The notes below the pieces were generated by a model that saw only the letters and a list, made by a program, of their open reading frames with translations, did no database searches and was not told the DNA's origin. A stretch of 63,870 bases of DNA, the filler included, from Syncephalis fuscata S228 (taxonomy: Eukaryota > Fungi > Zoopagomycota), in assembly GCA_025786725.1 (NCBI GenBank). It is 5 parts of 5 records of this genome, joined end to end, with 100 filler letters (N's around TTAATTAATTAA, not from the genome) between each part and the next. Parts side by side here need not be neighbours in the genome. Positions count along the whole stretch, not along the records: positions 14,584 to 34,072 come from JAHLTZ010000174.1; positions 34,173 to 55,708 come from JAHLTZ010000152.1; 3 more parts are not named here. One strand, given 5' to 3'. Position 1 is the stretch's first letter, and every line of letters begins with the position of its first letter. The position numbers and the translations under genes are program-made. Positions 24,694 through 39,612 of this stretch are shown here, one piece after another.

Positions 24694-27403
24694 ATCGCCT
24701 TATTTTTTTAGTATTCTGTATATTATCGTAGCATTGAAACACTAATCTCATATTTAAAATTCTGATTTAGTGTTTTATCGGTCTTTCAAGGTATTCTTGC
24801 TGTAGTCATAGCTATGAGAAATAAAATATTACATTTTTGGGATGGGCATATTACTAGCATTTCAATATTATGATTATATTGCTATGGTAATGTGACGAAA
24901 AAGTGTATAATTTGCTTGAATAATCTCCAGTATGTGAATAGTTATGTGAGCTGATAGTGCTGCGTTAATGATGCATGGTACAAAGCATTCAAGTTCAGCT
25001 ATTAGCTTATTTATTATAAATGATAGCTTTATTTAACATCAATGAAATATTATTGATTTCTAGTCCCATTCTATCTCTTTTTAGTGTCATACAAAATTAT
25101 TCGGTTTATTATAGTTAAACTATGATAATTAATGACCAATATACAATAAACTTATTATTAAAATCAATATCAATTAACATATTGTATTCTAAGCGTTAAT
25201 TCAAGCTTTAATAAGCATTATAAATTAACGTTATCAGCTAAGGTGTTGCTTGGTCATTTAAGTTAAGGTTTTTAAATCAAAACTATAGCAAAATGAATAT
25301 TTAAATAAAAAGAGCAATATGAATGCTAAAAATATATTTTCACAAACATTTAGTTAAACTTTGTTTATTGTTATCATACTATATTCCAGTGACTTATTTA
25401 TATTTGAATTACTGTGTTTGTTAGCACAGTATCAAGTTAATAAATTATAACATATATTTTTTATTAAAAATAGTATTTGTTATTTTAATTATATTGCTAA
25501 ACAAAATTTTATTTATATTTTAATTGTAAATTATTATTCTGTAGCCAATCAACCGTATTCTTAAAGGCTATAATGCGACTTGAACGCTTACAAATAAGTA
25601 ATTCTACTGTTTGCAAAATCAATTTCAATTTAGCAATAATAATAGTTAATTGTCGTGCTTCTAGTATCTCAGTCTTTGCTTTGAAGCTAACTTCACTGAT
25701 GGCTTTTGCATATGTGTCCCAGCTGGATGTATACTTAATTTGCAAATTAGCCAAATTACTGTTGGTCAAGATATATATCGAATTGTCTATTGATTCATTA
25801 TCATAACCGCATGTGTTGTAGCTAATGCCATCAACATTCACTGTTTTTTTTAAACTTGAAATAGTTACTTTACTGTTTTCACTCGAATGTAAAGCAATTA
25901 AAATATAGTAGTCAATAGTTGTTGCCGTTGCTTTACCGGTATTTAAATTTTGATTAACAAAATATCTATAACAAGAAACTAGTGAGTAAAACATTATTTA
26001 AAAAGCGCTTACTTTGCGGCTTCAAGTCTTTATGTACAATACGGGCTTGATATAAATAGCTGTGTCTAGTAAAGACTACTAAACTGTATTGTTCTATTGC
26101 TTAGCAGTTGCCTTTAAGTAACTGGGGTATGATTTCACAAATTGGCATAATATTTTCGTAGATCGACTTTTCTCAGGCATATTATTTAGTGAATCGCCAC
26201 CAACAAAGCTATAAACAATGCATAATGTATCTTCCTTAGTATTAAACGTATAAATGCACACTGTACATTTTTTTGATCAATTGAATTGGACTCAGTTAGT
26301 GTACTTTAAGCTTTAAATAATGTCTAGTATTTATATTTAGTCGATACAGCTAATGATATAATATACTGAATAACACACTGTAAACATTAGCTTCAAGAAA
26401 ACACTTGGCTACATTTTACAAAAAACTGGATGGCCATGCCATTTGGCACTAGCAAAACTTGATCAAGCATTCCTTCAAGCTAATTGATATTAATAAAGCC
26501 TCTCTTTATACTAGCAAATGTCTAAAAATACCAAGAATAAATCAATCTAATAGTTGACTAAGCTCATTTGCCAATCATCTGTTCAAAACCATTAAAAATT
26601 ATTTTTGTTTTTTGTAGTTTATTATTTTTATAAGTACTTTTTCTGTGCTATATACAATGGCTGTAAAACATATGCAATACGATACTTGCTTTTTAAAATA
26701 TTATAATCTATAATAAACCTATTACGATGTATTTTTAAGATTATCTTTATTGTTTATCAGTTTATTTAAAGTATCAACGTGCAACAGGTTAAGTATTGTG
26801 TTCAGTTTTATTTGCCCGTTTTCATTATAGCGGTTGCTTATTTTTTTAAACAAAGAAAGATTAATAACAATTATGATATTAAAATAATTTGTCACATTTA
26901 AAACGATTAGCAATAATAGCAAACTATTTAGTAATTAAATTAATTAATTATATAATTGTGGTAGTTGTTCGTCTCCACGATTTATTGGGAGGCTCATCCT
27001 GAAAAGGATTTAAGTGTACGCTTAAAGTGAGAACTAAGATAGTAATTAACACGACACCTCAACTCTGAGATGTATACGATCACACGAATAGACTCGACAA
27101 GTACTCGGACTTGCTTTAAAATAAACGACTAAATATAACTTAAACGTGAACTGCTCCTTGTTCTTTTTTATTTAATTATACGCGCACTATTCATCTTATT
27201 TATATTAAAAGCGCGCCATGCTTAGAGTGGCAAAGCCGAGCTATGTGTTCATCAGCTAAAATTAGTAAAATTGGCACCAGCACATTTCCTTTACCACATA
27301 ATAATAAACCAATTTTACAACAATTAATAAATAAACACACTGATTATAATTGAGCATTACTTTATTGCTAATAGCTCAATAGGCGTACACCTGTTGTTGT
27401 TGT

Positions 27404-30400
27404 TTAGGACCAGGCGACGAGTGAAATACCACGTTGAGCAATAACTGCTCGTTCGGTACCACGCGATGGTAGTCGAACACTAAAGAGCAATTCACTACGA
27501 TCGCTATTAAGATAGACAGGTAGAACCACCGATGTACTGTCTGGCGCTAGGGCATCCGATTTACGTATCCAGCGGATTTGTGATGCAGCCAACTTGGTTG
27601 ATGGCTCTTTAGCCAGTTGTACGCCGTTGTCCTCTTGCCAGCGTGCACCTTCCATGCTTAGACCGGAGACGGCAAAGGCATTCATATCACTTGGCTCGAC
27701 ATATTCCAAATCAAGTTCCATTTGTAACTCTTCAAGTGACCAGTTATTACGTTGGGCCACCACTTGTCGAGTAGCCGTAACGAAAGCTTCTGGAATAAAT
27801 AGACCACCAAGCCATATTTGACCCAAGGCCATTTCACCTTCGGCCTCGGCAATGTTCGTTACTTGTTGAAGACGTACATTTAGATCGGCCACCCATTGGG
27901 TAAGTGTCGTTTGTTTAGAGACAGTGTAGCGACGCCAGTGATTTGGAATAAGTCCCTTGGTAAAGCAATTCATCAACATACGTAAATGATTCGTTTGTTT
28001 AAGTTGGCCTTCACAAACAAGCTTAAGATCGGCAAGATCTTGTTGGATAGATGCGAGAAGTGAACGACCAATCTGGTTTTCACGATCAAATACTCGGAAC
28101 AATGGATTTTTGATACTTTCGGCTGTACGTGGCAATTTCGGTACCGAAGCTGGTAACATTTGTTGCCAGTTTTGTACATTGGCATAGAGAGCACGCATCC
28201 AGCCTGGCTGTTGCGATCCAGCGGCGCGTGGACCTGAACTGTCCGATTCCAACTCTTCATCATCGGCCAAACTTTGCATACGACGAACCTTTGAAAGTAA
28301 TGTATGTCCTAAATAGCAAAATAGTATTAATATCATTTATGATGATTTAAATACCATTGCTTACCTTTAGTCGTTAATAGGACACGTTCAGCATTGGCCG
28401 GCAATCCAAGCCATGAAGGCGGTTCGCGTTCCGGCAACTTATTGACCCAATCCAAAAAGTGTTCCATCTTTGTACCTTCTGGAATGGTGATCGGTTTACC
28501 ATCATCGCCCGTATGAACCAAAGCAAAGTCAAGATCGTAGCTCGATGGTGTAAATAGCGTATTAACGAATGAATCCAATAATTTTTGATCAAATTCATTA
28601 TCGATACGGCCACCGTAGACCGATTCACTCAACAGCGTACGAATAGCATCCCATGGAATCTTTTCTGGTGAAATATTGGCTCGACCTTGAGCAACCACAT
28701 CCAACCAACTATCGATGGTATTCAATGCACAGTCTTGATCCGAATCGTTAAATTCATAAATCTTTGTCCAACCTAATGGTACGTAGCGTAGACGTTCCTG
28801 CACCGTTGCGTGTAACCAGGCCAGCAAGAAGTAGAGACGAGCTCGCTCAGTTGGCCCTTTGTTAAGACGTGCAGCAGGAATACCACGTAGCGAGTCGTGT
28901 AGATTTGCCTTAATACCTGGTGGTGGTTCAAATAGCAATACACGTGACATACGCAGTAGATTGACTGGTACTTTAGGATTCGTTTCCATTGTAAGGAAGA
29001 GACGGAACGATCTATTTGGTTTCAAGCTATGTAGTCGCTTCTCGAGTTGACCCAACCATGATGGTGCTAAATGTACATTCTTTAACAACACCCATGTACC
29101 CGTCTTCATCGCCGAGGTAATAGCCTGATCGGCCAGTGTAAAGCCTTCGGCTGAACCCATAGCCACTGACACACATCGCACATTTGCTTCAGATGCTAGA
29201 TTATCCACTCGATAACTTGCATCATAGCCAGGAATTGAGCAAAGTGCCACTGGTGTACCAGCCTTCACTTCTTCCAATACCAAGCTCTTAAAGTTCAATT
29301 CAGATTGATTAACAAAGCTTTCATCGAATACTGATTGAACGAAAAGAGAAGCAGCCGGTAACATACGATCTGGTCGCATGCACTTAATAATCAACAAACG
29401 TCTAAACAAGTTAACCGGCGAATCTAAAAGAAAAGATAACAAAACAGTATTAATAACAATAGCATTAATACTATCATACTATTCTGTTATTACTTACCGG
29501 CATCCATTGGTCCATCCCAGCACATAGGCACACATTGTTCAGGCTCATTACTTTCCAATAATGTTTCCCATGCTGGCTCGTTATCACCAATATGTTCAAT
29601 AATGTTACGGAAACAAGGTAATTTGACGTATTCACGTATACGCGCTGCTTTTTCCTCGTTAAATAGGCCAGAAGGTAAACCAATCTCTGCGGCCGACACA
29701 CTACCTGTAGGTACCATATCACCACCACCACCTAGCAAGAACTCGTATTCGGCATCTTCTGCTTGGAATGGTGTGCCACGTGTCTTAATTTGTGCCAATA
29801 CCATAGCAAAGGTCAAATGGTCTTCGTGTAGCAGTGTATGGGCCACGCGCTGATATGTCACGTTAAATAGATCACGGGCCAGTACTTCTAAGCGTGAATC
29901 TGGATCTGTTAATGATTTAAGATTTGGATTCTCATTTAGAGTGTAATTAAAGATATCATAGAAGAAATCCAATGAGAACTGATAAAAGTGATGCAATAAA
30001 TTCAACTGCTCCATAACAAAGTAAAGTGAACTACACGCTTGAGCCAATGGCGTATAAATCTTTGTCGTGGCATCCACTTCTTGCATAATACTATCCGTCT
30101 CTTCCACTTTACGTGATACTTCGGCCGCTTCTTTCTTCAATGTCTCGAGTGTAGTAATAATATTATCGTCATCGAGAATATTACCCGTCGTCTCACTAAG
30201 CGCTTGCAATAGCGACTTCTCCAAATGACGTAAACGTAATTTGAATTCGCCTTGCAGCTTAATCAAATCGGTACGCTTCTTGTCCACGTCTGGTCGCTCC
30301 ACCTTCAATACCTTGTTCAAACACTGGCTCTGTAAACTACTACGTGTTACCGTAAAGTTAACAAATGTAACACGACTGCACACGTCAGGCGGGAAGTTCA

Positions 30401-33400
30401 CCGATGGATCACGTGTCGATAAGAAGAGCGTAAAGCTGGGTGAAAAGTCAATGTCTTGTCCACCCAAGCGAATAAGTACACGACCACCCGTACGGCGTAA
30501 TTCCTTATTAAGTACCGGATTAAGAATAGGATCAAGATTTTCCACGTCTTGAATAAGCAGCGGATTACCAAAACGTAATGCACTTTCCAAGTTCTTAAGG
30601 AAAGCATCATCAAGGAAACTAGTCACGGTAATCTTACGATCCTTGTATTCATTTACCAAGAAAGCCGTGGCTTGTCCCGATGGATCAATAATCAGCGGAT
30701 ACCTGTTGAATCGTTTAAGCATAATGGCATTTTCGGTACACAGATCATCGGCCGGTAGTGAGTTAGCCTGCCAGCCCAGCCGTTCATCGGCACTCGACAA
30801 GTATTCAGTAAGCGACAGATCCTTCTTAAACGATATATTCGACTTGATAAGGTGATCGATCCAATGATTACATAGCAGTTCACGATAATGTTGGTCAAAG
30901 TAGCCGCCATAAGCCATAAAAGCGGCAGATAGCAATACATCACCAACAATGGTGGCCATTTGTGTCTCGAATGTTTGACTGCCGGCTTCCCAACGTTCCT
31001 TTTCGGATGACAAACTATCAAGCAACATGACACTTCGATCGACCTTCGACTTGACACGTTCCATTTCCAGTTTAATGGCTTGTACTTCACTGATTAACAT
31101 GGCGTATTCATCCTTGTACCGAGCAATACTGGCTTCTAATTCACCAATCATCTTTTCAATAGACGCGGCTTGTACCTTAGTATCTTCGGCACTCTGTTCC
31201 AAGTCATACACTTCCTGACGTAGTGGACCAACTCTATCGAGGATTTCTGAATAATTCACCTGAGCAATGACCCATTTAACAAGTGGACCACAAGCACGCG
31301 ATGCACGATCCACAACTTCAAAGTTGTAATTAGCATTACTTAAATAGTCACGCTTCATCTTTTCACGTAATGATCGTTGCATACGGCCTTCTGTGTCATA
31401 ATTCAAAATACTTGAAATAAAGTCATCACGACGTAGAATTTGTTGGATAGTACGCCAATCACTAAACTTATGACCTAATAGTGTGCACACCGATTCCATA
31501 GCCAGTTTAACGGGTACAGGTGGATTGGCCATAGAACGTACTTCCGTCAATTGATTACGCTTGATACCACTGACGGCGCTTTGGGCCTCTTCTACAGCTG
31601 GTTCAGCATTGGCCAAGTCGTGCATTACTACTCGACGGCGTTCTTCAATCTCTTTATTCTGCACATTCAATGCTTCTTGAATTTAATAGAGGCTGTTTTC
31701 TTTTGTTCAGCTTCTTGTTGATCGGCCACCATCTTCTTTAGCTTTTCATTAGCCTCTCTATTCTTGGCTTCCAGCTCATTATTCTTAATAGCTAGACTCT
31801 TACGTAGTTCTTCTACTTGCACCACGGTATCGCGCAACTTTTCCAAACCAATATTTAAATGGCGCTGTTGTTCTTCCAAATCATCGCGCTTCTCATTAAA
31901 TAGTCGTACATAATGATTAATAAAGTCGAGGAAGTGACGTGGTGTAGCATAGTTGTATCGGCCTTGTCGCTTACTAACCTTGGCATTAATCTCATACAAC
32001 GATTGATGTACATAGACGAATGCATTAACAATAGCATCGCGATAAGTAGGTGGCATTGGCAGGTCACGATAGGCAATTTGCAGCGTATTCGGTGCCGTGT
32101 ATAATGGCTGATCCAAGTCAAGGTTATTAGTAAATTCCTTGCCGACTTGGAAGAAGGCTTGATCGGACCAGTCACCGAACCAATCAAGTACACATCGATT
32201 GAACAAGGCCGGCGAAGTGGCAGCACGTGAACTAAGACCGCCTTCAGGTGGATTCATAGTAAATACAACGTGCAGATTCTTCATTACTTGATGAGTGAAC
32301 CATTTATAAAGTTCATCATGTGAATCAAGCATCAATCCTTCTTTCTGTGCACCTTCTTTACACTGAGTCATTAAGGCTGAGTATTCATCACCTTCGAATA
32401 GACCAGGTACTTCAGCATTGGCCAATAGCGTATTCATACGTTCAAGGAAACCAGAGTCAAGTACATTGGATTCATCCATAATAAAACAAATCTTTTCACT
32501 CTTACAACCAGCACGTCGTAGTACAGTACGCAAATCTTCGTCAAAGTCATCACCGGTATATTTGTTATGAGCCTTAATCTGGAATACACTAAGACCATTC
32601 ATCCAAGCACAGAATCTAGATAATGTAGTCTAAAAAGTATTATTAAATGTTAGTAAATATATATATATATATTAATTAATTAATATTTTTACTTACTTTA
32701 CCAGATCCAGATACACCAATTAACAACAAGTGACCCTGCATTTGTCGGAATACTCGATCAATACGTAATACGTGTTCGAGCACATCATTGAATAGTACAA
32801 GTGGCACATCCAATTCTTCTTCATAAACACTTTAAGACGCGCTTTAACAAAGTCGCGTAATTCTTCTCGTTCAACAGGAATATAATCCTTTGATAGCCAG
32901 GTTGAATAGAGAATGGGTCGATATAGTGATTCATTCTGATTAATACCTGGGAAGTGACGCATCGCTACTTGATCGATATTATCATCGGTCCATTTACGTT
33001 CATCTTCAGTTACTAAACGATCCTGGAATAGACGTAATGCTTCATGGGCCCATATACGCACTAGTCCTTCAACACTAAGCGTTTCTAGTGGTTTAATCGC
33101 TTCAAATATACCACGCATCCATCGCGTTAATTCACGCGGTGAATAGATATAATGGGCTTGATTATCTGGCGTGAAATGCTTTTGTGACATTAAATAAAAT
33201 TCAACCATTGCATTTGTTAATGGTTCAGCATAACCACGTAAAGTAGGTACTACTTTAAGCATAGCTCGTGTAAATGTACCATAAATTTGTCGTAATGAAA
33301 TCTCTCCTGGATAATCAACCATAACGAGTGGTGAATGACGTAAGAATCGATGCGATAATGGTACACGACCTGGATCTGTAGGTGGATTACAAGCACCTAC

Positions 33401-34072
33401 AAATTGGATACGTTCCAGTGATACCCATGCCTTATCGGTGGTACGCCAAAAGCCATTACATTCAATTAATTGACGCAAGAATGAAATGACGCGTTGCGTG
33501 GCATATTTATCGGTGGCCGGCAAGTTAATCTCATCACAAAATACCACTAGCCATTTGCCAATAAGTATAGGGGACAATATAACACCATTTGGCGTCTTTC
33601 GGTATTCACAATACTGTTCAAAGGTCTTTAGAATAAGCTCTGGCGTAGTGGCACTGGAGAAGTTAAGGCCCACAACTTCCATATCGGGTAATTTACGCAG
33701 TGCACTAAATAGCGTCATTGTTTTACCTGAACCAGGTGGACCACACAACATTAGTGGTTTATGTTCAGATAACCATGAGTAGAGTACTTCTTCATGTCGA
33801 ACAGTATCCATCGTTGGAATAACGACATCTGCCTGTGATACAGTTTGGGTCTCGATTTCAATAGTGGGTACTTTGCCTTCCATGCCGACCATTCCGCTGT
33901 CTTGACATCAACGTCATAGTCAAGCACTGATCCACCGACGGATGGTAGTTCAATGGTGGTAATACCGCGTATATATTCACCAAGTTGAGCACGGATATCT
34001 AATTTACCATCACCGGAGAAACTCCAGATAATAGAGTAGATAAGTCGGCGTGATACATAGTTCTCTAGATGT
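27404..34072 (-). CDS. DYN1: Cytoplasmic dynein heavy chain, C-terminal half (AAA3 to C-terminus), 5'-truncated by the linker; several introns and apparent 1-nt deletions
   Basis: [28 protein letters not shown], stalk coiled coil plus MTBD (EVRSMANPP), [23 protein letters not shown] and [10 protein letters not shown]. Confidence 0.97.
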
Positions 34073-34172
34073 NNNNNNNNNNNNNNNNNNNNNNNNNNNN
34101 NNNNNNNNNNNNNNNNTTAATTAATTAANNNNNNNNNNNNNNNNNNNNNNNNNNNNNNNNNNNNNNNNNNNN
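34073..34172. other. Artificial contig linker
   Basis: N-TTAATTAATTAA-N. The dynein 5' half is absent on the other side. Confidence 0.97.
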
Positions 34173-34382
34173 GATATTAAAAATTCATCAGACAGTTTAA
34201 TCAATGTTAGCCTCATAGCACATAGAAAGTCTTACTATATCTAAGTATTGGTGTTACTTTTAGGCTAAAGCACTGAATACGGATATGTCTATTATCTTTT
34301 AAAGAAACAACACAATACCCATAGTAAACCATTTTACGCAATCCATTGTAATGATTTAAATAGTTGACGAGTTGATTGGATT

Positions 34383-34507
34383 AAATTGTGTTTAAATGAT
34401 CAGGGGTGGCAGACAAATGCTGCAAATGCGCGGTTAGGTCCTACGGACCGTTGTCTCACTTAAGCTAATAAATTCAAATTCAAATTCAAATTGTGTTTAA
34501 ATGATCA
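34383..34507 (+). mobile_element. Short non-LTR retroelement insertion (5'-truncated LINE or SINE): 85-nt insert 34403-34487 between 20-bp target-site duplications
   Basis: aaattgtgtttaaatgatca occurs at 34383-34402 and 34488-34507. The insert has a GGTCC-TAC-GGACC stem-loop, AATAAA and an (AATTCA)3-type tail. Confidence 0.75.
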
Positions 34508-37500
34508 TTTACAATAAATATTAATAGAAGCCATATGATTGCAATTCCATGTCATTTAGCATTTGTTGTTGTTATATCTATGTACAGTGTGGATTATTGC
34601 ATCTGAATGGTCTCTTTTATTTTCTAATATTATATTATTGTATTTTGGGTATATTTGTGATGTAAGATCAAGATCAATATAATTATTATAAAAGTTGTTT
34701 ATTAAACAGCCACTTTTACTATAGCCAATCTGACTAAATAAATGGCATTTGAACAATTAATATCATAATGACAATATATATATATATTAAAGCAATAATA
34801 AAGATAACTAATTAATTAAATTACTGTATTGCTAATTACACATAAATTAATTAATGTTGAATGTAATATTATACATGTTATAGTAATGAATGGGTGTTTA
34901 ATTGTGTCTAAAAGTGAAGGAAATGAAATGAGTAAATAAAAAAAGCTAAAAATTGCTGTAACTATACGTAATGTTAAATAATTTATTAGTACACTTATGT
35001 AATCCAGTGTCAGAAGATCAAAGCTGGCATCATTTACTTAAATGAACTACACATTTATTGTTCTACTAAACATGAAACTGAATGGTGAGTGACATTAAAT
35101 ATCAAACTATAATGCTTTAGATACTTTAAAACAACCACTTCTCAGTAGTAAAAACTGATTGACGGTTTATTTAAAGTATGGATCTTTTTGTCCCAGTTTG
35201 AAGCTAGGGACTCAAAGTACAGTAGCTCCTTTTCTTTAATAAATCACTATTACGCATAGTCTAAAGATAGCCGTTTTATTACAATCTATTTTTAATAAAT
35301 ATGCTAAAATTAGTTGTTATCAGCTACTATATACAAAAATACTATAAATACTTTACAATTAGTAATACAAAATTAATTCCCGCTGCCCAATTTAGCTCAA
35401 ATGAATAGATAAGTAACGATTGACAATGGGCTTCGTTTGAAGGTTGCACAACGGAACGGTAAGACAAAGAGTCTTCTGCATCGCTGTCGATCACAGACAA
35501 GTCTAGACTATCAGCGTGCCTTGTATTATTCAAATTACATCTTTCTAAGAGTTTTAAAAGCAAGTTTTAAGCGTGTCTGTCTAAACAATCAAGACTCTTA
35601 TATACTGGATATAATGCTCTAAAGCACTTCAATGCAATAAACCTACACGCACATGCATTAAATCTGGCCATTTGCCAGATATTTACATTATATGAATAAA
35701 CGAAACATTGCGTGCATCACTCAATAAGTTTATTCGCAATTATTTTGTCATAATGGATAAAAAACCTACAAATTCATCATTAACAGCTAGTAATTAGCCT
35801 TTGGTCAAGTCTGGTTACTAAAAACAATGGTGTGCTTTGCGTGTCCCTCAATTTATATGCATGTATATGTCCGCATGCTAATGTGCATGACAGTATCTCT
35901 GGTTAATCTATTTTCCAATCTATTGACAACCCAAGGTTATCCATTCTTGTGACATCACTTACCAGCATGATTAGTCAAGGCACGTGAATGGGATTATTGC
36001 GGTGCCTACAGCGATACTAACCTTGAATGTAGGCCGTGCTAATCCATATACCTGCATTATAGTAGCAATTCTAGTTTCTCATAACTGTTAGCGACCATAA
36101 TGTTCAGGGTGTTCCTAGAAACACGTAAAAGTTGACAACAGAACCTGCTACGACATCTAAATAGCCCATAACTACTTTATGTACTTGTTCGTAACATTTA
36201 CATGCGTGGATATTCTCGATCGCGTCATTATAGCACTTTTGTGGAATGAACTGAAACGAAACATTGCAATGGTGGATCCCCTTACCACCACGGTCAAGTT
36301 TGGTTCGTTTTTGTCGCCTTTACCATTAGCGATGAACACAACTTGTCGCTACCGTTTGTCTGGTACAAACACAACACTTCCCATCATTAGTCTATCGCGT
36401 TAGTTAGGCCATTGTAGATGGGCGCACCTGGTGAATACGGACAAACTAACACTTTTGGCATAAACTCGTTTGTCCCACCATGCCTCTTGCTCCTGACCTC
36501 CTCTCTAGTACTTTTCTCCGCGTGATATTTCTTTGCCACGGCTGCTGCTTCCGACTCGTGCTTTGCTCTTCGGTTCAGCGGCCGACTTGCTCCTGCCGAC
36601 CTGCCTATCCGCTTGCCTAGCTGCCTATTCACTCGCTTTCTATCTATCTCCACTAATATCCATGCATCGCTGGTGTGAGCGCTACTTTTACCTTTCTACG
36701 GTCTAGAACACACAAATAGTAATAATCATAATAAAAACAATAATATTACTAATTAATTATTAATTAATTAACACTGTTATTAAGCTTAATGTTCATATGC
36801 CACTATACTTCAACACTCAAAACTTGTACACTATCCTTTCGGGATTATTATTTATTCCATTTTAGTCAACACGGGTTTAATGCATCATTTCAGACTTTTC
36901 CATGTCGAGATGGGAGTCATTGGTGATGTGGCGTATCAGGCGGGATAAGCAGATGTTGGTGCCTCCATACTGCCGCACTAATGTCCATACGTCTAAAACT
37001 ACAAGCATACGCACATACAGATATACACACATATACACACGCTTTACCACGCGTGGATTCTCGCACACATGTATAGCCTGAGTTGAGGCAGAATTTCTTG
37101 TTTCTGATTTTGTGTCTCCATACGTTTAGTTGCAGGCGCCATCCCTTATTGTATATCCTGTCTCATTATCGCTACTACCAACAACATTTGCTTGTTCATT
37201 GAGACCTCATCAACGCTACGACCTCTTTCGTTTTCACCATCACCTTACTATCTACTATTACTATTATTTTTACGTTCTTTGTTACAATTCTTAAACTAGT
37301 GAACCGCCATTCAATCCCGGCCGGCCTTTAAACACTCATACTTACTCATCCGTGTTTGTTTTTAGTGCAGTGTCCAACGGTAAGTATTACAACTGTTGGC
37401 TTGAAACAAAAGCCTGTTGCACACCAGCACACCAATGATTATGCCTGCATAGCGCTGACCTTTCCTCTTGTTCATTTCTGTATATTTTGCTATTTGTTTT

Positions 37501-37771
37501 TCTAGCTGGCACGCGGGATTGCTGTATAGTCAAAAATATAATAAGATATACAAAGTCTTTACTCCGACTGCCGTGTTTGTGTGCCGTGCGGTAATTTGCT
37601 AATATACAGTCATCCGCTTTAGCGTCACCTTGACGTTGTGCACACTTGCCGCTTCTTTTTTGTCACCGTGGAGAAAAGATCATGTACTGATATAAACACA
37701 ACACAAGTATCTATTGAAAATAATAACTATCATTCTGTGTATTGAATCGATCCATTATCATCATCATCATC

Positions 37772-39612
37772 ATGGGTAATACATCGTCAAAAAGCCCAAA
37801 TACTCGTCGGAGTAAAATGATCCAGTCGGCACCTGGAAGTTTTGTAGGTGTGCAACGTGGTGCTGCTCGTGCCCGTACCTTGGGACTACATTTAGGTGAA
37901 GTCCGCGAACAATCCGGCGACACCATGCTTTCGCCTGGGTACTGGCAACGACCGGGACGCAGTCTTAGCCATCGGTCTTCCGAAGAAGCCGATGCCCGTT
38001 CTAACTATGCTTACTCGGTTAAAAACAACGAGAAGATGAACGAGGCGGCCAATGCGGCTCAGTTATCTGACAAAGAAAACGAAATGGAATTTGGACCTAG
38101 TGACACGCCATCGTGTAAAACACCACGTGAAACGTCCATCACCCTATTCCATTCGCAGCCCAAGACCAAGCAGCAGGACATAAAGCCTGCATCGCCGACA
38201 GCGCCGACGGCTCTTCGATCTTCGCACCCTGCGGATATTGAAGACTATTTGGATCCATTTTACGACGAGCCGCTTATTTCACCAGGTGCCCTTTCCGTCG
38301 ATAGTAAAAGATACCGATTGAGTGTTGCCACCACTACAGCATCCGATCCAAACGCATTCCGCCGCACCTTATCTGGCATGTCAACCATGTCAGGCACGAC
38401 TGCATCGCCTACCGTATCACGGGGCCAAACTAGCACACTTGGTGGCTATTATTCCGCCGAACAAAGCTTTATTAGTACATGTAGTAATATTTATCCTGCA
38501 GCATTTTCGGATTATGCTGCAGAAGAAGTTAATATCTGGGTAGATGAGCGTCGGTACCAAAACTCACCGAATGCCCCCTATCCTATGCCAAACGACGAGC
38601 AAGAGTGCAAACGGTAGGTAGTACTTATCAAATACATGGCCATAACTGACATTTAATGATCACTAGTCTTGAACAAGTACACGTTCTTATTCGAGGTGTA
38701 CTTAAACAGAATTACATCGCTCCATTGGATGAGCCTAAACAAGTGTTAGATGTTGGCTGTGGTACCGGTATTTGGATGTTGGTAAGTTTACTAATTGATT
38801 TTAATGATTAATAGAAACTGTGCTGATTTATTGGCTTTAATCACTTATAGGAAATGGCCGAAGAGTTTCCAGACTGTGAATTCACCGGCATTGACATCTC
38901 TAACGTCCTACGAACCGATACGCTGCCTGCAAACTGCATCTTTAAACTAGGCAATGCACTAGAACGTAAGTAATCGATTTGAGCGATAAACAGTGTTATT
39001 TATTATAAATAACAATCAATATTTTTATTATTGCTATTATTACTTTTATTACTTTTACTACTATTGCTTAAATGTACTAATTTACATCATTGTATAGGCT
39101 TACGATTCAAAGACAACTCATTTGATTATGTACATCAATTGCAGTTTGGCCTTGGTGTCCCTAAACGCCATTGGCCACGTCTTTGCCGAGAATACAAACG
39201 CATCCTACGTCCTGATGGTTGGATGGAGTTTGCCGAAACAGATGGACGCTACTTCCGTACCGGTCCAGCGGGTAATTTAATTAATAACTGGCTAAAAGAA
39301 ATGTATGCGGCACGCGGTGTCGAGCCACGTCGCTGTTGCCTATTACCGGAGATTCTAGCCGATGCTGGGTTTCCGGTAGTACTGCGTCGTATCTATTCGT
39401 TCCCTCTTGGTCAATGGGGCAAGCGACTTGGGCAGTCAGCACTAGTGGATGCACAAGTAACATTGCAATCGTTGTGGCCAAGAATCCGCGAAGTAGAAAC
39501 ACAACTTACCAAAGAGGAATTCGATCAAGCAGTCATGGTTGACTGGCCATCCGAGGTAGACGAACACAAAACTTACTTTAATTTACGTGTCTACTGGTGT
39601 CAAAAAGACTAA
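37772..39612 (+). CDS. Class I SAM-dependent methyltransferase (LaeA-like/Methyltransf_23 type) with a long disordered N-terminus. Exons 37772-38613, 38667-38781, 38851-38965, 39098-39612
   Basis: YPMPNDEQECKRL, VLDVGCGTGIW, EFTGIDIS, FKDNSFDYVH and RILRPDGWME. Splice phases are consistent. Confidence 0.88.

Noticed and set aside
25509-26922. AT-rich ORFs at 25509-25994 and 26722-26922
   Set aside because: No recognisable motif and the composition resembles intergenic DNA. A decayed gene is possible but cannot be supported.
27404-34072. Programmed frameshifting or pseudogenisation of dynein (breaks near 33881, 32825, 31685), PGM (14803) and PKA (~11510)
   Set aside because: Each break is fixed by adding one base, mostly in short homopolymer runs, in otherwise highly conserved genes. 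This pattern is best explained by sequencing or assembly indels.
36179-36653. Possible retrotransposon gag remnant
   Set aside because: A short basic ORF without a convincing zinc knuckle, protease or LTR.
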